A DNA stretch of 64,000 nucleotides from Lingula anatina (GCA_051362555.1 CM120642.1:11346001-11410000), one strand, 5' to 3'; positions 51,368 through 64,000 are shown, counted from the stretch's first letter. The notes: generated by a model from the letters alone, not told the origin. Numbers and translations are program-made.

Positions 51368-51606
51368 CAACGAATATTGAAAATCGGCCCTCGATAACTG
51401 CCTAGTAACATAACATAGCTTGATTGGTAACAGGTACACCATTTGGATTCCATTTGTGAATTGTGTGAGATTTCTTTGTGAAATTTTAGTTTGCTATTTA
51501 ATTTTTGCAGCGAAAAGGTAGTTTAAGCAGGAGACTGCGCCGTGCTTTCAGCCTCTCGGAGGATCCTGAGATGACCCCGGCCTATTCTAGCTTCATCCCA
51601 ATGTAA
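49006..51606 (+). CDS. Small gene B: 131-aa protein, paralog of gene A at the C-terminus
   Basis: Exon 1 49006-49305 (ATCATGG Kozak; MEVAGGSKTE...RKRTQSECSTMSTVSIDSKGMRK|gtgggt); exon 2 tttttgcag|51511-51606 RKGSLSRRLRRAFSLSEDPEMTPAYSSFIPM*. Phase 0 intron. Confidence 0.78.
49708..50480. repeat. Diverged ~80-bp direct repeat pair in the gene B intron
   Basis: GTTGCAAAGCAAACCTC...TGTTTAC.ATGACCCTGACC.TG..TGAACTTTTGGCCAC occurs at ~49708 and ~50401. Confidence 0.7.
51300..51363. repeat. (TA)n microsatellite
   Basis: Directly visible. Confidence 0.95.
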
Positions 51607-53139
51607 CTGACCAGCATCATGCGTCATGACACACTTGTTTACCAGACTGTACTTGCAGCAGCGGGCACCGGATATAAACGGAAGGCGCTTGCGCAAAAAT
51701 CCCCTGATTGGACAGAAAGAGTGCACGTGTAAGCGAAAACTTGAGGCGCAACACTTTTGGAATATGTTATTAAATGAAGTGCTTTGTTTATTATGCAAGT
51801 TGGGACCTTGAAACTGAAGAGATGTGGCGATTATCTCTTGACGCTACTTTTAACAAGAATGGGAGATAAGCAAAGTTTACTGTGCTGATTGTTTTATCTC
51901 TAAAGTTAATGGGGACCGTTCCAGGAAGATGGCCAAATAACAGTGTTGCTTTTGAGAATATTTTGGAGTCATTCAAACTGTGTCGTGTGCAACCAGTGCA
52001 AAACGCCTAACAGCCAGTGTTTAACAGTGCCATAAAATATAAAACTCAAGCTTTGCATTCCCTTTTCCCAAAGACAGAAGGCAATGGTTTTCACACATTT
52101 CGTGACCGTCAAAACCAGGCTTGACATTGCAGCAACGTCATCACTACAAGTTTGTCATGTGTGAAAGATTAAGAGATATGACTCCAGATCCACTATTATG
52201 ATGATGCAGATGATGCAGCTTTAAACTTAAGAGCTAATGGCTTGAAATAGCCATTGACCTGATAATTGGGGTATGAGTTTTTGACAGTTTTCTATAAATT
52301 TCTGGATTCTGGGATTTGGTTTTTCACGTCTATTTGCAGACATACATTTTTAGCCTGAAAATCGCGTTCATTAAACTTCCAATTGCGGTTTCAGGCACGA
52401 GCTTCAGTATTCCTAACACAGTTTTGACTATTTATTCAGTCTTTTTACCAAAGCGCTATCATTTAGTCTATCATTGGCTAAAGATGGCCATAGGCTTCTA
52501 TTGAAGTCTAAAAACCAGCCAAACTACTGCGTATTTTTGCAGTTAATTTTATAGCATACTTGGAGTTGTGATAATAGTATTTTATGTCGGTTGGAGCTGT
52601 ATACCAAATGTAAGACTAATTGTACAAGAACTGAGTGCCAACAAATTTTTTACGCACCTCTTAACATAAGGCGATTTATGGGTCCAGATTATATTAACAC
52701 TGTAAATTACAGGTGCAAGTAAATACTTTATATTACTATAAGGCATCTGTAGCAGGTGTGCAGATACACACCTTTATAGGTTATTATACCCTAGATGCCC
52801 CTGGCTTGTAAAGATGTCGCCATAACTGGAAAATCATTTCGGAACAGTCCGCTGAGTACAACCTTCTCTCTTGCATTTGGCATGTCATTTCAACTTGATG
52901 AGTCAACATAGGCCTAAGTCGATCTGCTTGTAGATTTTGAGTTATCAGTGCTATAAATATTTGTGCCTTATTAACCAACAAAATGGAGGTGCTGTTCTTC
53001 AGAGTATATAACCACAAGTAAACAATGCAAGTTTGTTTTACATATTGATGGCTGTTCTGGTTCATAGCCATTTACGTGTTTCAGCATTTGATTACCTAGT
53101 ACCTCAATAAGGCTTACCTCTGTAAGCTATTAAGCAGAA

Positions 53140-53443
53140 GGGACCCGTTTCACAAAACGACCTCAATCGAAAGTCCGCCTTAGCAAAGACAGCTATGGAT
53201 CTTACCCGACTCTGTTGCATTTCACAAAAAAAACAAAAAGTCGCTTCCCCTATTTTTCAGCCCTTCAAATGAGCCTTCCGAAGAAAATATGATTGTCTTG
53301 CCCGTGGTTTTTACTTCCTGGTGGGACAATAGTCCATTTTGTCGTGTCAAGTACTATGTGGATCTCTCTCAGATTACTATCATGAGGCGTGTACTTTTTG
53401 CAGACTAAGCTAATGTACTGAAAATCAGTCGTTTTGTGAAACT
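53140..53443. mobile_element. Degenerate MITE-like element
   Basis: GTTTCACAAAACGAC (~53148) and its reverse complement GTCGTTTTGTGAAAC (~53428) lie ~290 bp apart. A related end, TTTTGTGAAACAGACCCC, occurs at ~41296-41313. Confidence 0.5.
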
Positions 53444-56400
53444 AAAACTTTGTCCCAGGTTTATTCTTTATTAGAAATCATTTAGTTTATTGTGTAAGTA
53501 ATAATTTTGTAGCTGTACATACTATGCTTGTTAGTGGTATTTGCGTTTTGTTTTATGGCCTACATTAGCCTACTATATGAAGAGGGCGTACTGTCTCGGT
53601 GTTATTACACTTAGAAAATCTGTTTGAGCTCTTTTGAAATTAAGGGCTCATTCCAAATACAACTTTCATCCTAGATCAGTCAGGTTAATGCAATCAGGTT
53701 AACATATGAACACGCCTCTCCTGACGTTGAGTAGAATACAGAAAATCTGGTGATTATAGGAGTACGTGGGAAGTAGGACGCAACATTGCGTCCTAGGTGG
53801 GAAGCAAGAGACGTGTTAATCTGTTAATCTATCTATGTTAATCTGTTAATCTATCTATGTTAGAACGATGGTTTTATTGGGAATAAGTCCTTAGATTCTT
53901 AGACGTGTGATATTGCAATAAAGTACAAAGAAATTGGAGTGCGTCATGTAGAAACTTTTTTTAAACCGTCGCAAAAGGTGTTCCTATCTCGTCACAGTAG
54001 CGTGACTGTGGTCTTACAGGTTCCAAGTGTTGGGACGAAGTACTTCCAATTTCTTTAATCTTTTATGAAATAATAGTATTATATGAAATAAAACAAGTAT
54101 TCTAAATAACATGGTGTAGGTTGCTCTTCTCATTCTCATCGTGTGGAGAAACCGTGTTTTGATGCTTGGTTGTTTTCGTTTTGGTAACACTCCTGGCATT
54201 CAAGTGGATGACGATCAAAACATGTTTGATAAGCTGTGTGTGCATAGTAAACATTGCAATAGGCCTACTTGGCCTTGATAAGACACAGGGCTTTAGATCA
54301 GTATCGTAACATCACTCATCACCAAAAAAAAAAGCGTCAAAATTGTGTGTACTGAAACAAGTAATGAAAGCTGCTAACACATCATAACGTTTCAAAGTAG
54401 GCGATATGAATAACGTGAGCACTCCCCTTTCTCAATGTAAAAGAGCTAATTTTTAACTGACACATCTTCTTATCGATTGCTGTCCTTTGCAGACTGCAAA
54501 CATCAAAAACATTACAAACAAAAATGACACTAAACCAATAAACACATTATTTCAAAGAGCATTGTCCAGAAGCAACATGAGCACGTGTGACACGCGTATT
54601 CTGCAGCAGTGTACAAAGTCAAATATATCCGCAATTGGTTATGATAGAAATGCCATTACTCCCTGATCAACTGTAGAAAGGAAAGTAAAGGAAGGGGAAA
54701 AAAGGCATAGTTCCGAAATGTTGCGTTATGTTAAAGGGGGGCTAATAAATCCAGTGTTCAAACTCCACAAACCCATTCACCGTTTGAAAGTCACAATCCC
54801 AATTAATTATCGCTCTCCTGTTTCGTAGCCTTGGTGTATTAGCAGGGTTTAAAACATTGTGTTGGGATCATTGCGTTTTGTCGCAGCAAACGCACTTTCG
54901 AACAGAACTTGAATTGTGTGCCAATCCTACAAAAGTGAACGTTTGAAGCACGTCAGTGGCGTGCAGTTTTTGTATAATAAAATAATGTATGAAGTGGAAT
55001 TTACAAATATTAGACAATATTTGTGCATCTTTGACGAATGCTTCTACTACAACTCGCAGGTCAATTTCCCACGTTCAAGCATGCACTCCTGGTTTTGTAT
55101 GTAAAGATTTTCTTATATTTCAGTCTTATATTATTCTTTTAATTGTAAGGAACGTCCGCCGGTCGTAAATAACTATTTTAAAAAAGTCCAGTAAGTTTAC
55201 TGCTAAAGAAATGCAGCAGTTGACAAATGGCGAGTGGACATAATATGTAACGTATATGGACATAGTATGTAAAAAGGATAAGTTTTGTGTGTATAGATGA
55301 GAGAGAGGTTGGAAAACATAAGGTCTTTCAGGTTAATAAAATCCCTATAACCAATGCCGGGTTCAGACACAAAACTTGTTTCAGCTCGAAGAAAGCAAGG
55401 GCCTTCTTTATCTTTCATTGAAAAGCAACCATATCACACTGTGCCAGGGATTTTATACGGAAGGAAAAGACACTTCACAAATACCGTGACGATTTGTTTG
55501 AAGACCCCCCTCGTCATTTTGTACAGTTCAGTGTCTTTTCTCTGCTGCTAAGATAGCGTGTCCTTTTGTAAATTTCCTGGTACAGAGCGGACCATCTGAT
55601 GAATGAGATGCTAATTGAAATGGACGTGGCCACTTCAAAGTGCTAATTACACGTATACAATTGGCCATCTTCTTCTTCATTACAGCATTTAGTGTATGTT
55701 TTATACACCGTATAGTATCTCGTGTCAAGTCTGGACACGTGAAATACCCGTTTAAGTGGTTGTGATAACGAACGCTAACAAGGCGTTATTAATTGGACCA
55801 TTAATCATCCCCCAATTCTTCATTGTTAAAAGCTGCCAAGGAAATGTATCATAATACTTATTTTCTACACGACGCCAGTAACTGGGTCATTTTTTGTAAA
55901 ATGTTTTTTTTTTTTTTAATGTCACACTTATATTTTGAACAATCTGATCTTCAGTGCATATTTCATTATATTTTGACTGTTCAAGTGTTTTATAATCACA
56001 TTATTTTGTTTTGTTAAATGCTTTTTATAACAACATTCGTGTCGAGGATTATATTTGTGTACAGTATGTTAAATCCGAAGAACGTTTCCCCTAGTTTCCA
56101 TTAGTATTGTAACGTACAAACGTAAAATTTTCTAATATATTTTTTTAAAATCATCGGTGTTGTTCTTACAAATCTATCCACAACAATTTTTTTTAAATTT
56201 TGATACAAAATAAATGTTATGCCATATGCCTTTAAAATAAATTACATATTTAGTTTCACAATCAGCCTTTAGCCAAAATTAACTCATTAAAATATGCCAA
56301 AACGTTATCTTTGTATCGTGGAATTTCACATTGTATCTCAAATGAAATAGATAAATGATATAAAAGGCTCTAATATCTTCACCTTGAAAAGGGAATATTG

Positions 56401-56664
56401 TTATGTTGCACATTATTCGACTAAAAGCCTTGTTAATTTTGTGGTGGGAATTTTGAGATTCAAATTCATGAACAAGAAGCAGCGTTGTAAATTTGCTGTC
56501 CAGCTTACAAAGCCTTTATGTCATGGCATCAACGCTCCATGCACGACCTTGGAAAATGTTTAACATCACGCACAGAACACCAGGGTGCTGGGGCCTATAA
56601 AAGGCAAAGGGAAGAACACTGTCTTTACTCCACTGCATTAAAGGTAACAACCTCCACAGTCAAG

Positions 56665-57425
56665 ATGATGAAGTGCATCGCTCTCCTCCTGGCCCTCGCC
56701 GCCGTCGCCTACGCCGCCCCAGGCCTGAAGGGATATCCAGTTGGCTACGGCAGTGGCATCGGTCGCATTGGTGGCTTCGGCATCGGCAAGGGTTTCGGCG
56801 GCTTTGGCGGTCTCGGCTACGGAGGTATCGGCGGTTTCGGCAAGGGCTTCGGCTACGGCGGAATCGGAGGCTTCGGCAAGGGCATCGGATACGGTGGTCT
56901 TGGCGGTTTCGGCAAGGGCTTTGGCCTTGGTGGATTCGGCCTCGGCGGCTATGGCGGTGTTGGTTACGGACTGGGTCTCGGCAAGGTCAGTGGAACTTCA
57001 TTTTATTATAACAAAAATGGTGCCATTAGTTTTTCACATTTGAATTCAAGGTTTTAGTTACTTTTGTTGGAAACAAATTTTCTGAACTTGAGATGGGAAG
57101 TTTCTAATTCATCATTTATATGAATTTTATTTGAAGCAGTCTGTAGAAAACATTTTTCAAATATTCAGTGTGTGTGCGTAATTACATGAAGAAAAAATAA
57201 AAAAACAAAGCTAATGCTTAGCGAACGTTAGATCTTAATTGAAATCAAAAGGCAAATCCTTTTATAATTCAGTTCATGTATCTTGCTTTCTTTAAACATA
57301 CAATCTTAAATTATCCTTATTAAAGTTGACTTGCAAATAGACCTAACATAATCTTCATAGATTACAAAACTTACATTTTCATGTTCCAGGGAGTTGGCTT
57401 TGGTAAATTTGGTCTCCATGGTTAG
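56665..57425 (+). CDS. Secreted cationic glycine-rich protein, 118 aa, 2 exons
   Basis: TATAAAA at 56596. Exon 1 56665-56985 encodes signal peptide MMKCIALLLALAAVAYA followed by GGFGKGFGYGGIG-type repeats, with donor AAG|gtcagt. Exon 2 ttccag|57390-57425 encodes GVGFGKFGLHG*. Confidence 0.9.
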
Positions 57426-57591
57426 ACGTCATGACCGAAGAAGGTTGAACATAGGCCTAATGGTTAGTTTAGAGATATTAATTTGTTTCTTTGTATACCA
57501 TTGTACGATTTGTTCAGTTACAATTTTTGCAGTTTGATTTGGTCACTGTTGGATTGGAGGTGTTAGCACAAATGTCTTTATTTTCCAAATA

Positions 57592-57662
57592 ACACACACC
57601 CTCACCCACACACACACACACACACACACTCAGAGAGAGAGAGAGAGAGAGAAAGAAAGAGG
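57592..57662. repeat. Compound (CA)n/(GA)n microsatellite
   Basis: Directly visible downstream of the Gly-rich gene stop codon. Confidence 0.85.
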
Positions 57663-58993
57663 ATGTGAACTCGAATATAATTTCCTTGAGTAGAAATGCT
57701 TAATTTACATGCAAGCAAAGAACGATGGGCATTTAAAACAATATCGTAAAGATTCCTTTTCTAAATCCTCTTAAGTGGCCTGTGCACATTTTAAATAAAA
57801 TGAAAACTAGAATTATTCACAAGTCATTATTATTTCAGGAAATGAACAAGGCCCCAAAGAGGCGTGCATTTTGAAGACCCCAGTAGGTTTGCGTGATACT
57901 TCAACTATAGTCATCATATACATGAACATTCCAAACGACGCTCACGCTGGAAGTTTAACAAATGACGGACAGACTCGCCAGTGCCATCACATCTTGCCTT
58001 GGCTATACATTGTTTTAACTAAAGAAACTCGATCTCTGAACTTTTTAATAAGCCAACCACTTCGTTGAAATGATGTTATTTAGCAAGCGAAGCAATTGAA
58101 TACTTTGTTTGCTGTAAAGTCATAACACCAACGGTGATGTCATTAAGTAACATTTTTCCACATTGCTCATCATTGTACGTTTTTTAAATTACCATTATTT
58201 AACACGTTTTAAAAACAAACATTAAATAAACTTACAAAATATGTTAGCTCTTAAGAGTTGTGTCTTTTCACATGCTTTGCAGCATTTTTTGAGGACTTAA
58301 TTACTAATTTACACTCTCCTGAACACTTAATATCTTATTTATTCTTTTACTGTAGCAGTTTTAATTGAAATCGAAAACTTGATGAATTTAAGCATAATTT
58401 TATTATTATTTTTTTTTTCAAAAGTAAAAGTTCGGCGTTATAGTGATTTCCATTATCGTATCTTACCCGCACAGAGCACTAGCGAACCGATATTAACTCA
58501 TTCTGGTAACAGGCCTCATAAAAGATACTTGGGATCTGTATATACAGAAAAAAAATAAAGTTTCTCGAAGCTATCTCAAGGTTTTTAGCAAGGTTCGCTG
58601 TGGAAACACGTTCTCAGAAGCCCAGCTAGTTTTTATTTTGATGTGGATTTTAACCGACCACCCCCTCACACTGAAAACGGCGTTTGAATAGGTACTGATT
58701 GCAGCATCCGTATCTCACCTGTCTTGTTGATTTACTTTACAATCTTAATCTAAGGTCACGTCTTATCGCATCGACCCGAGCTCTCTTACTAGAATATGTG
58801 AGCTCACGGTGTTGGGATATTTAGTCTGTTGCAATAAGAAAAACCTCACGACCAGAAGGTGACGGCAGTATCGTATATTGGGATATAGACGCTTTTTTTG
58901 TGTGCGCCTGGCATTATGGGTAAATTTAAGTGTACTCATTGTATTAGTTTAGCAATCAACACCTGCTGAACAGTTTCCCATTGCAACAGCAAA

Positions 58994-59976
58994 ATGAATT
59001 TCGATGAATTTCTCAAGATACTTGGCGAGTTCGGTACGTACCAACAACGCAGATACGCTTTGATATGCATGATAACTTTCTACTCAGTATTATCCACATT
59101 GGGCATAGTATTTTACGGGGCCGAACCAGAACACCATTGTAAAATACCTGCGGCACAGGTAGAACGCGTGACTAGGCTGTATGGAAATGTTACACGTGAA
59201 GAGCTTTTAGAGCTGTTTGTACCGTACACAAAGGAAGGAAAGCGCAGTGGTTGTGAACTGTATCGCGTTGACGAAAAGTACCTGAATTCTACACTTCCTA
59301 CATTGCCAAATAGCAGTTTCCCGTCCGCTCCACCTGACGAAAATAGAGTTCTAAATGGAAGAATGATAACATTTAATGATTCAGTTAAATCGGTCTTTCA
59401 TATCCCCTGGAATCAAGCTTCTGGACAGAAGAGGGAAACTTATAACTGCCCCGGACAAAGAGTATACAGCAAGAACATCTATGAATCTACCATTGTTTCT
59501 GAGGTAAAAAACTGTGCTAGCACCGTGTTTGTTGTTGATCTAGATTTGCAAAAGGCCGCTCAAGAATAAGTGATGCTTTTAAGTGAATGTTGATCAACGT
59601 TACGACATCTTTTAGAATCGATTAGGCTTATTTTGTGATGTGATGGAACCCAATGAGACTCATCATCACGGCTATTGATCTGTCATATAATTTTTCAGTT
59701 TGATCTTGCGTGTGAGAACGCATGGCAAACCGACACCTGCAGTTCGGTTTTCTACGTCTTTAAACCGCTGGCAATGCTGGTGACGGGATTGCTGTCAGAC
59801 AGGTGACGGTTCTGAGGGGCGAATCTGTTACTGATGCAAAGATATAAGTGGTGGTGATGATGATGATGATGTTGTTAAACAAAGATTCGGGGCCTAAATG
59901 TTGTCAGATGTCAGATATGTAGGTTAACGTCAAACGATATAAGTTTTTTTCATTCACGTCTTCCCACATAGAATGA

Positions 59977-60037
<61 letters not shown>

Positions 60038-63000
60038 CAGAGTCAGAGATCTAGACAGTAAATGGCAATTTGCCATAATCAATGAAAAGAAGGAGTTTTT
60101 TATTATCTCTTTTCTTCACTGCACAGATTCGGACGTCGCCCTGTATTCCTGATTGGCATTATAATACTGGTGGCGTCGGGGATTTCATCGGCGTTTGCTC
60201 CGAACATGTCGACGTTTTGTGTCCTTTACGTCATCCAGGGCGCCAGTGACTCCAGTATGTTTCTGGCGCTATATACAATGGGTAAGAGTCGAAATCATGT
60301 TGAAGTAACTGATCTAATTATTTCATATTATACCTCTAGCGCAGTTTTCTATTTTAGAAGTCGAACTTGATCACTTTCAATTTGTTATAGGAATGGAATA
60401 TGTCGGTCCAAGTAAGAGAAAAATCGCTGGCGTTTTTATGGGTGTGTGTTTTGGATTAGGACACGCCCTTCTAGCCATTGAGGCCTATTTACTTTCCAAC
60501 TGGAGATATTTAGCTCTGGTGGCGAGCTCACCCGGCGTCATTTTAATTTTTTCCTGGTTGTAGGTATACTTTCTTTTATAAAACGTTAAATTTGCTGACA
60601 GCTAGATTCAATGACGATAAGTAAGCGATACCGCCATTAACAGTATGTGGATAAACTATTACTAGAACAACTCCTGGAATGAGACGCAGGAACAATTAGA
60701 ATGTAACCTTTTTTCTTTTTTTTTTGGAATATATTATCTACATGTATATTACAGATATATGTCTTCTTTTCATATTACATTTGCTATTTGAAAGATAATT
60801 TTAATCGGATAGATACATTTCTTACATGTCTTGATAGCTTTCTGTCAGAACCAACGCGGTGGTTACTAGCACGTGGCAGGCACGAGGAGGCGAAGAAGAT
60901 CATTACCAAAGTTGCCGTAGTTAACAAGGTTAAGCTTGAAGAGGACACACTGGAGCGTCTTTTTAACGAAGGAGACGAGGAAAAGCAGACATCCACGCAC
61001 ACTCCTATTGACTTGTTTAGGACTTGGCATAGAGCTAAATTTGCTTTAATAATGACCACATGCAGGTGGGGTAGATGCCACTAAATTGAATAATTAAATA
61101 ATATTTTAAGTTAAAACTTTTTAAAGGTGATTTGAGATAGATGTCATGTACATATGTTGGCGGCCATTTTAAATGCTTCTCTAGAAATTGCAAAATATGC
61201 TTCGTAGGATTGGATCTACGTACGTACCACTACTTCACAATCCACTCAAATATCTTAAAATTTGCTTTTTGAATTTTCTCCGCCCCGCTCGTGTCTGATT
61301 GACATCTACAAATATTTCAGCCAGTTTTTTGCAAAATAATTTCAGGTTTATTCTCGACTTGACCTACTATGGAATTGTACTTCATTCAGAAGGGCTTGGT
61401 GGCAACATATACATTAATTTTGCCTTACTGGGAGCTGCAGATGTTCCAGGGCTGTTGGTAGCCGTGTTTATTGTAGATAGAGTTGGTCGCCGGAGTATAA
61501 TTGTTGTGACGTTCTGCATCGGTGGAATTGCCTGTATTGTGTCAGGCCTGCTTCCTACAGGTAACTTAAAGGACTGAGTAACTGTCTTAACATAAGTTAT
61601 CTCGGTAGGGACGCTTGTGCGTCACACATTATTCATTACAAAGTTTGTATTCTGATCCCCTGATTTAACTTTAAAATGAATGCAAATTTAATGCTACTAT
61701 CTTTGCTTAAAAGAAAAATGTATTTTATTGATGCAGAGAGCTACCTCTGTCTCCTTGGCCATTTAAAAATGATTCTGTAAATTGATGTCCATCGGACACT
61801 TCCAGATTTACAGTGGCTGATAATAACAATGGCTGTGATAGGGAAGATGATGGTCTCTGTTACGGGAAGTGTATTGCTAATGTTAACAGCTGAGGTTTAT
61901 CCCACTGTAGTAAGGTAATTTTAAAAGTGACGAGATCGTTAATCATGACGGGCCGATTATATCCATTCCAACGATTTAATTTGTAATAAAAGTTATGTTG
62001 AAAGTTATAGTCAGGTTGTAAAATGAAGAGTACACTAATTTTATTTAAGATATGAATCCAAGCACACACCGTGAAATGCAAACTGAGCTACACAAGAACT
62101 GAATTAGTATTTAGCAGGCGTCCATTACATAGGTTCGCATCTTACTTATTATTCCTTTTCGAAAGGCACGTGATGAAGTTCCATCTGCTTACTTGCTCCA
62201 AATATTAGGTTTCCTCCGGATATGTTTTAAATTTTAATCTCTTTTTTTTTTCACAGGCAGTCGGGAATCTCCCTCACTGTGTCCGTGGCCAGATTGGGTG
62301 CCGCTGTGGCACCACAAGTCCTAGCCCTTGGCCGGATGTATTCGCCTTTGCCATTCATCATTTTGGGGTCCCTTGCTGTTGGTAGCGGCTTGTTGGCCTT
62401 ATTACTACCCGAAACTCTTGGGAAATCGCTCCCACAGACTATAGAGGAATGGGATGCCAGACTTAATCATGGCAGGTAACTATATAGTTTTGGCGGTGCA
62501 GGGCTGGGCTGAGGCAGGCGGGGCCTGGACATATCTGAAATTCCCTTTAGCCCCTTTTACGCTGGTTATCATTTTTACCGCTTGGAACGAATTTTCGTCC
62601 AATATTACCCTAAAAAGTTGGATCTTTGACAAATGTTGATGGTCATCACCAAAATCATAAACCATTGTTAATGAACTTAAAATATTTCAGCCTATTTCTT
62701 TTGACACATATACTTTTGTCACATATACTGGGGTGTTTTTTAAAGGTCACATTTCTACCTTAGGCTGATGAACAGATTTTTGATAAATGGCCATTTACGA
62801 TAAATCAGACCAAGACATTGTAATTCTGGAATACTCGAGTTCCGTAAGAACCCATTTGAAGACTGCTTTTGGTTTTGCTTATAAATCGAAACAAATTTGT
62901 TAAATGTTTGTTTTGAGTTTTCTTTTCTTTGTAAGCCTTAATTTTACTGTGGACCACGAGAGCGTTGACCGTCAAACTGGTGAAGAGTTGAAAGACCAAA

Positions 63001-63086
63001 GTAATGACAGTGTTGACGTTGACGGTAAACGTGCCAATGGAGCTGAGCGGCTGGAACTCGGAGCCCTTAATGTGACAAATATTTAA
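58994..63086 (+). CDS. SLC22-family organic ion transporter (MFS), 619 aa, 9 exons
   Basis: Exons 58994-59503, 59699-59802, 60127-60281, 60391-60559, 60838-61065, 61346-61560, 61806-61914, 62257-62475, 62936-63086 (1860 nt). Motifs FDEFLKILGEFGTYQ, HHC, STIVSEFDLAC, LSDRFGRRP, VDRVGRR, AEVYPTVVR and LLPETLG..LPQTIEE are present. Exon sizes 104/155/169/109 are typical of SLC22 genes. Confidence 0.93.
59979..60034. repeat. (TA)n microsatellite
   Basis: Directly visible in SLC22 intron 2. Confidence 0.95.
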
Positions 63087-64000
63087 CCCATCTCCCCATC
63101 TTCATCCATTACAACCGTTGGCGCCCGGGTTTGGAACTATCAATAGTCATGTTTGGCTAACTAAAATAGTCTGGTAATCGGTGGACTGAGACTGAGATTA
63201 ATAAATGTTTACGTATCTCTTTCTTTTAAGATATTACTTTTAAAAGTATAATTCTTATTGGTTAGCTTAAATATAAATGTGCATTTCAGTTTGGTTCAAG
63301 GATTTGGGCAAATTGTACTGTCAAGAATATACGCCGTACACAAATATTATTTTATAAATTTTTTGACGTTTATTGACCATGAAATGACATGTTCCTTGCG
63401 AAGGAATAGTCTTACTTAAAATCATGTCAAATAGACCGAATTTCTAATACACTGAAACTCAATAAAATGTTTTATGTGTTTTAAACTTCTAGCAACGTAT
63501 GTAGTAATTTGTACAGATATTGACTACGATCAGCATTTTTATTGTAGTTCACTTCATCTGGATGGATCTGTCATAGTTAAGTGTGAAATGATCAAATAAT
63601 CACGAGCTTAAAATTCGCGAGCTGATCTGAGCTACAGGTACTATTTCGAGTCACGTTTTACTTTATACTTTTTACACCTTAAGATCAATTCTCAATACGA
63701 ATACAACTGGTATAACTCTCTTAGCCTGAGTGGTTTTACATACTTTTAAACTCATTTGTGCTCCATCACTACTTCATGCGTCCAAGGAGTAAAAGGCATC
63801 TTCAATTGCTGTTTTCTATGTGTAAAAGGCATCTTCAATTGCTGTTTTGTATGTAATTCGTTCACTGGACCACTTCACTGCCTAATGCATTGTCACCACG
63901 TGCATAGCGCATCGCACTTCTGTTAATCTAACAGTGGTATCCGCAACAAGTTTTTTTTTTTTTATGCAACATGGAAGTCAGCTTCAGATTTCTGTAAGGC

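Noticed and set aside
56673-57043. Arg-rich and Ala/Ser-rich ORFs overlapping the Gly-rich gene
   Set aside because: Alternative frames of GGC/GGT repeats. Only the Gly frame has an ATG, a signal peptide and a matching second exon.
1-64000. tRNA, rRNA or snoRNA genes
   Set aside because: None recognisable by eye; tRNAscan-SE and Infernal/Rfam would be needed to exclude intronic ncRNAs.

Overview
AT-rich, intron-rich animal genomic DNA; the gene content and repeat types suggest an invertebrate, probably a mollusc or other lophotrochozoan (taxon is inference). Most entries in the ORF track are intronic noise, so genes were rebuilt by hand from GT-AG splice sites and reading phase. Left to right: the 5' part of PPP1R10/PNUTS (-), head-to-head with MRPS18B (+); a 973-aa C9orf43/DUF4647-like gene (-), head-to-head with endophilin-B (SH3GLB, +), which carries a candidate 24-nt microexon and a 93-nt cassette exon; two tandem two-exon genes for small proteins (57 and 131 aa) sharing an unrecognised C-terminal motif SLxxDPx[LM]TxAYxx[YF]IPM-stop; a secreted cationic Gly-rich protein; and an SLC22-family transporter. 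Introns hold a LINE 3' fragment, Helitron/HINE-type elements, a 2.9-kb TIR element, MITEs and microsatellites. The small-protein pair is the best novelty candidate. All family assignments rest on recalled sequences, not database searches.
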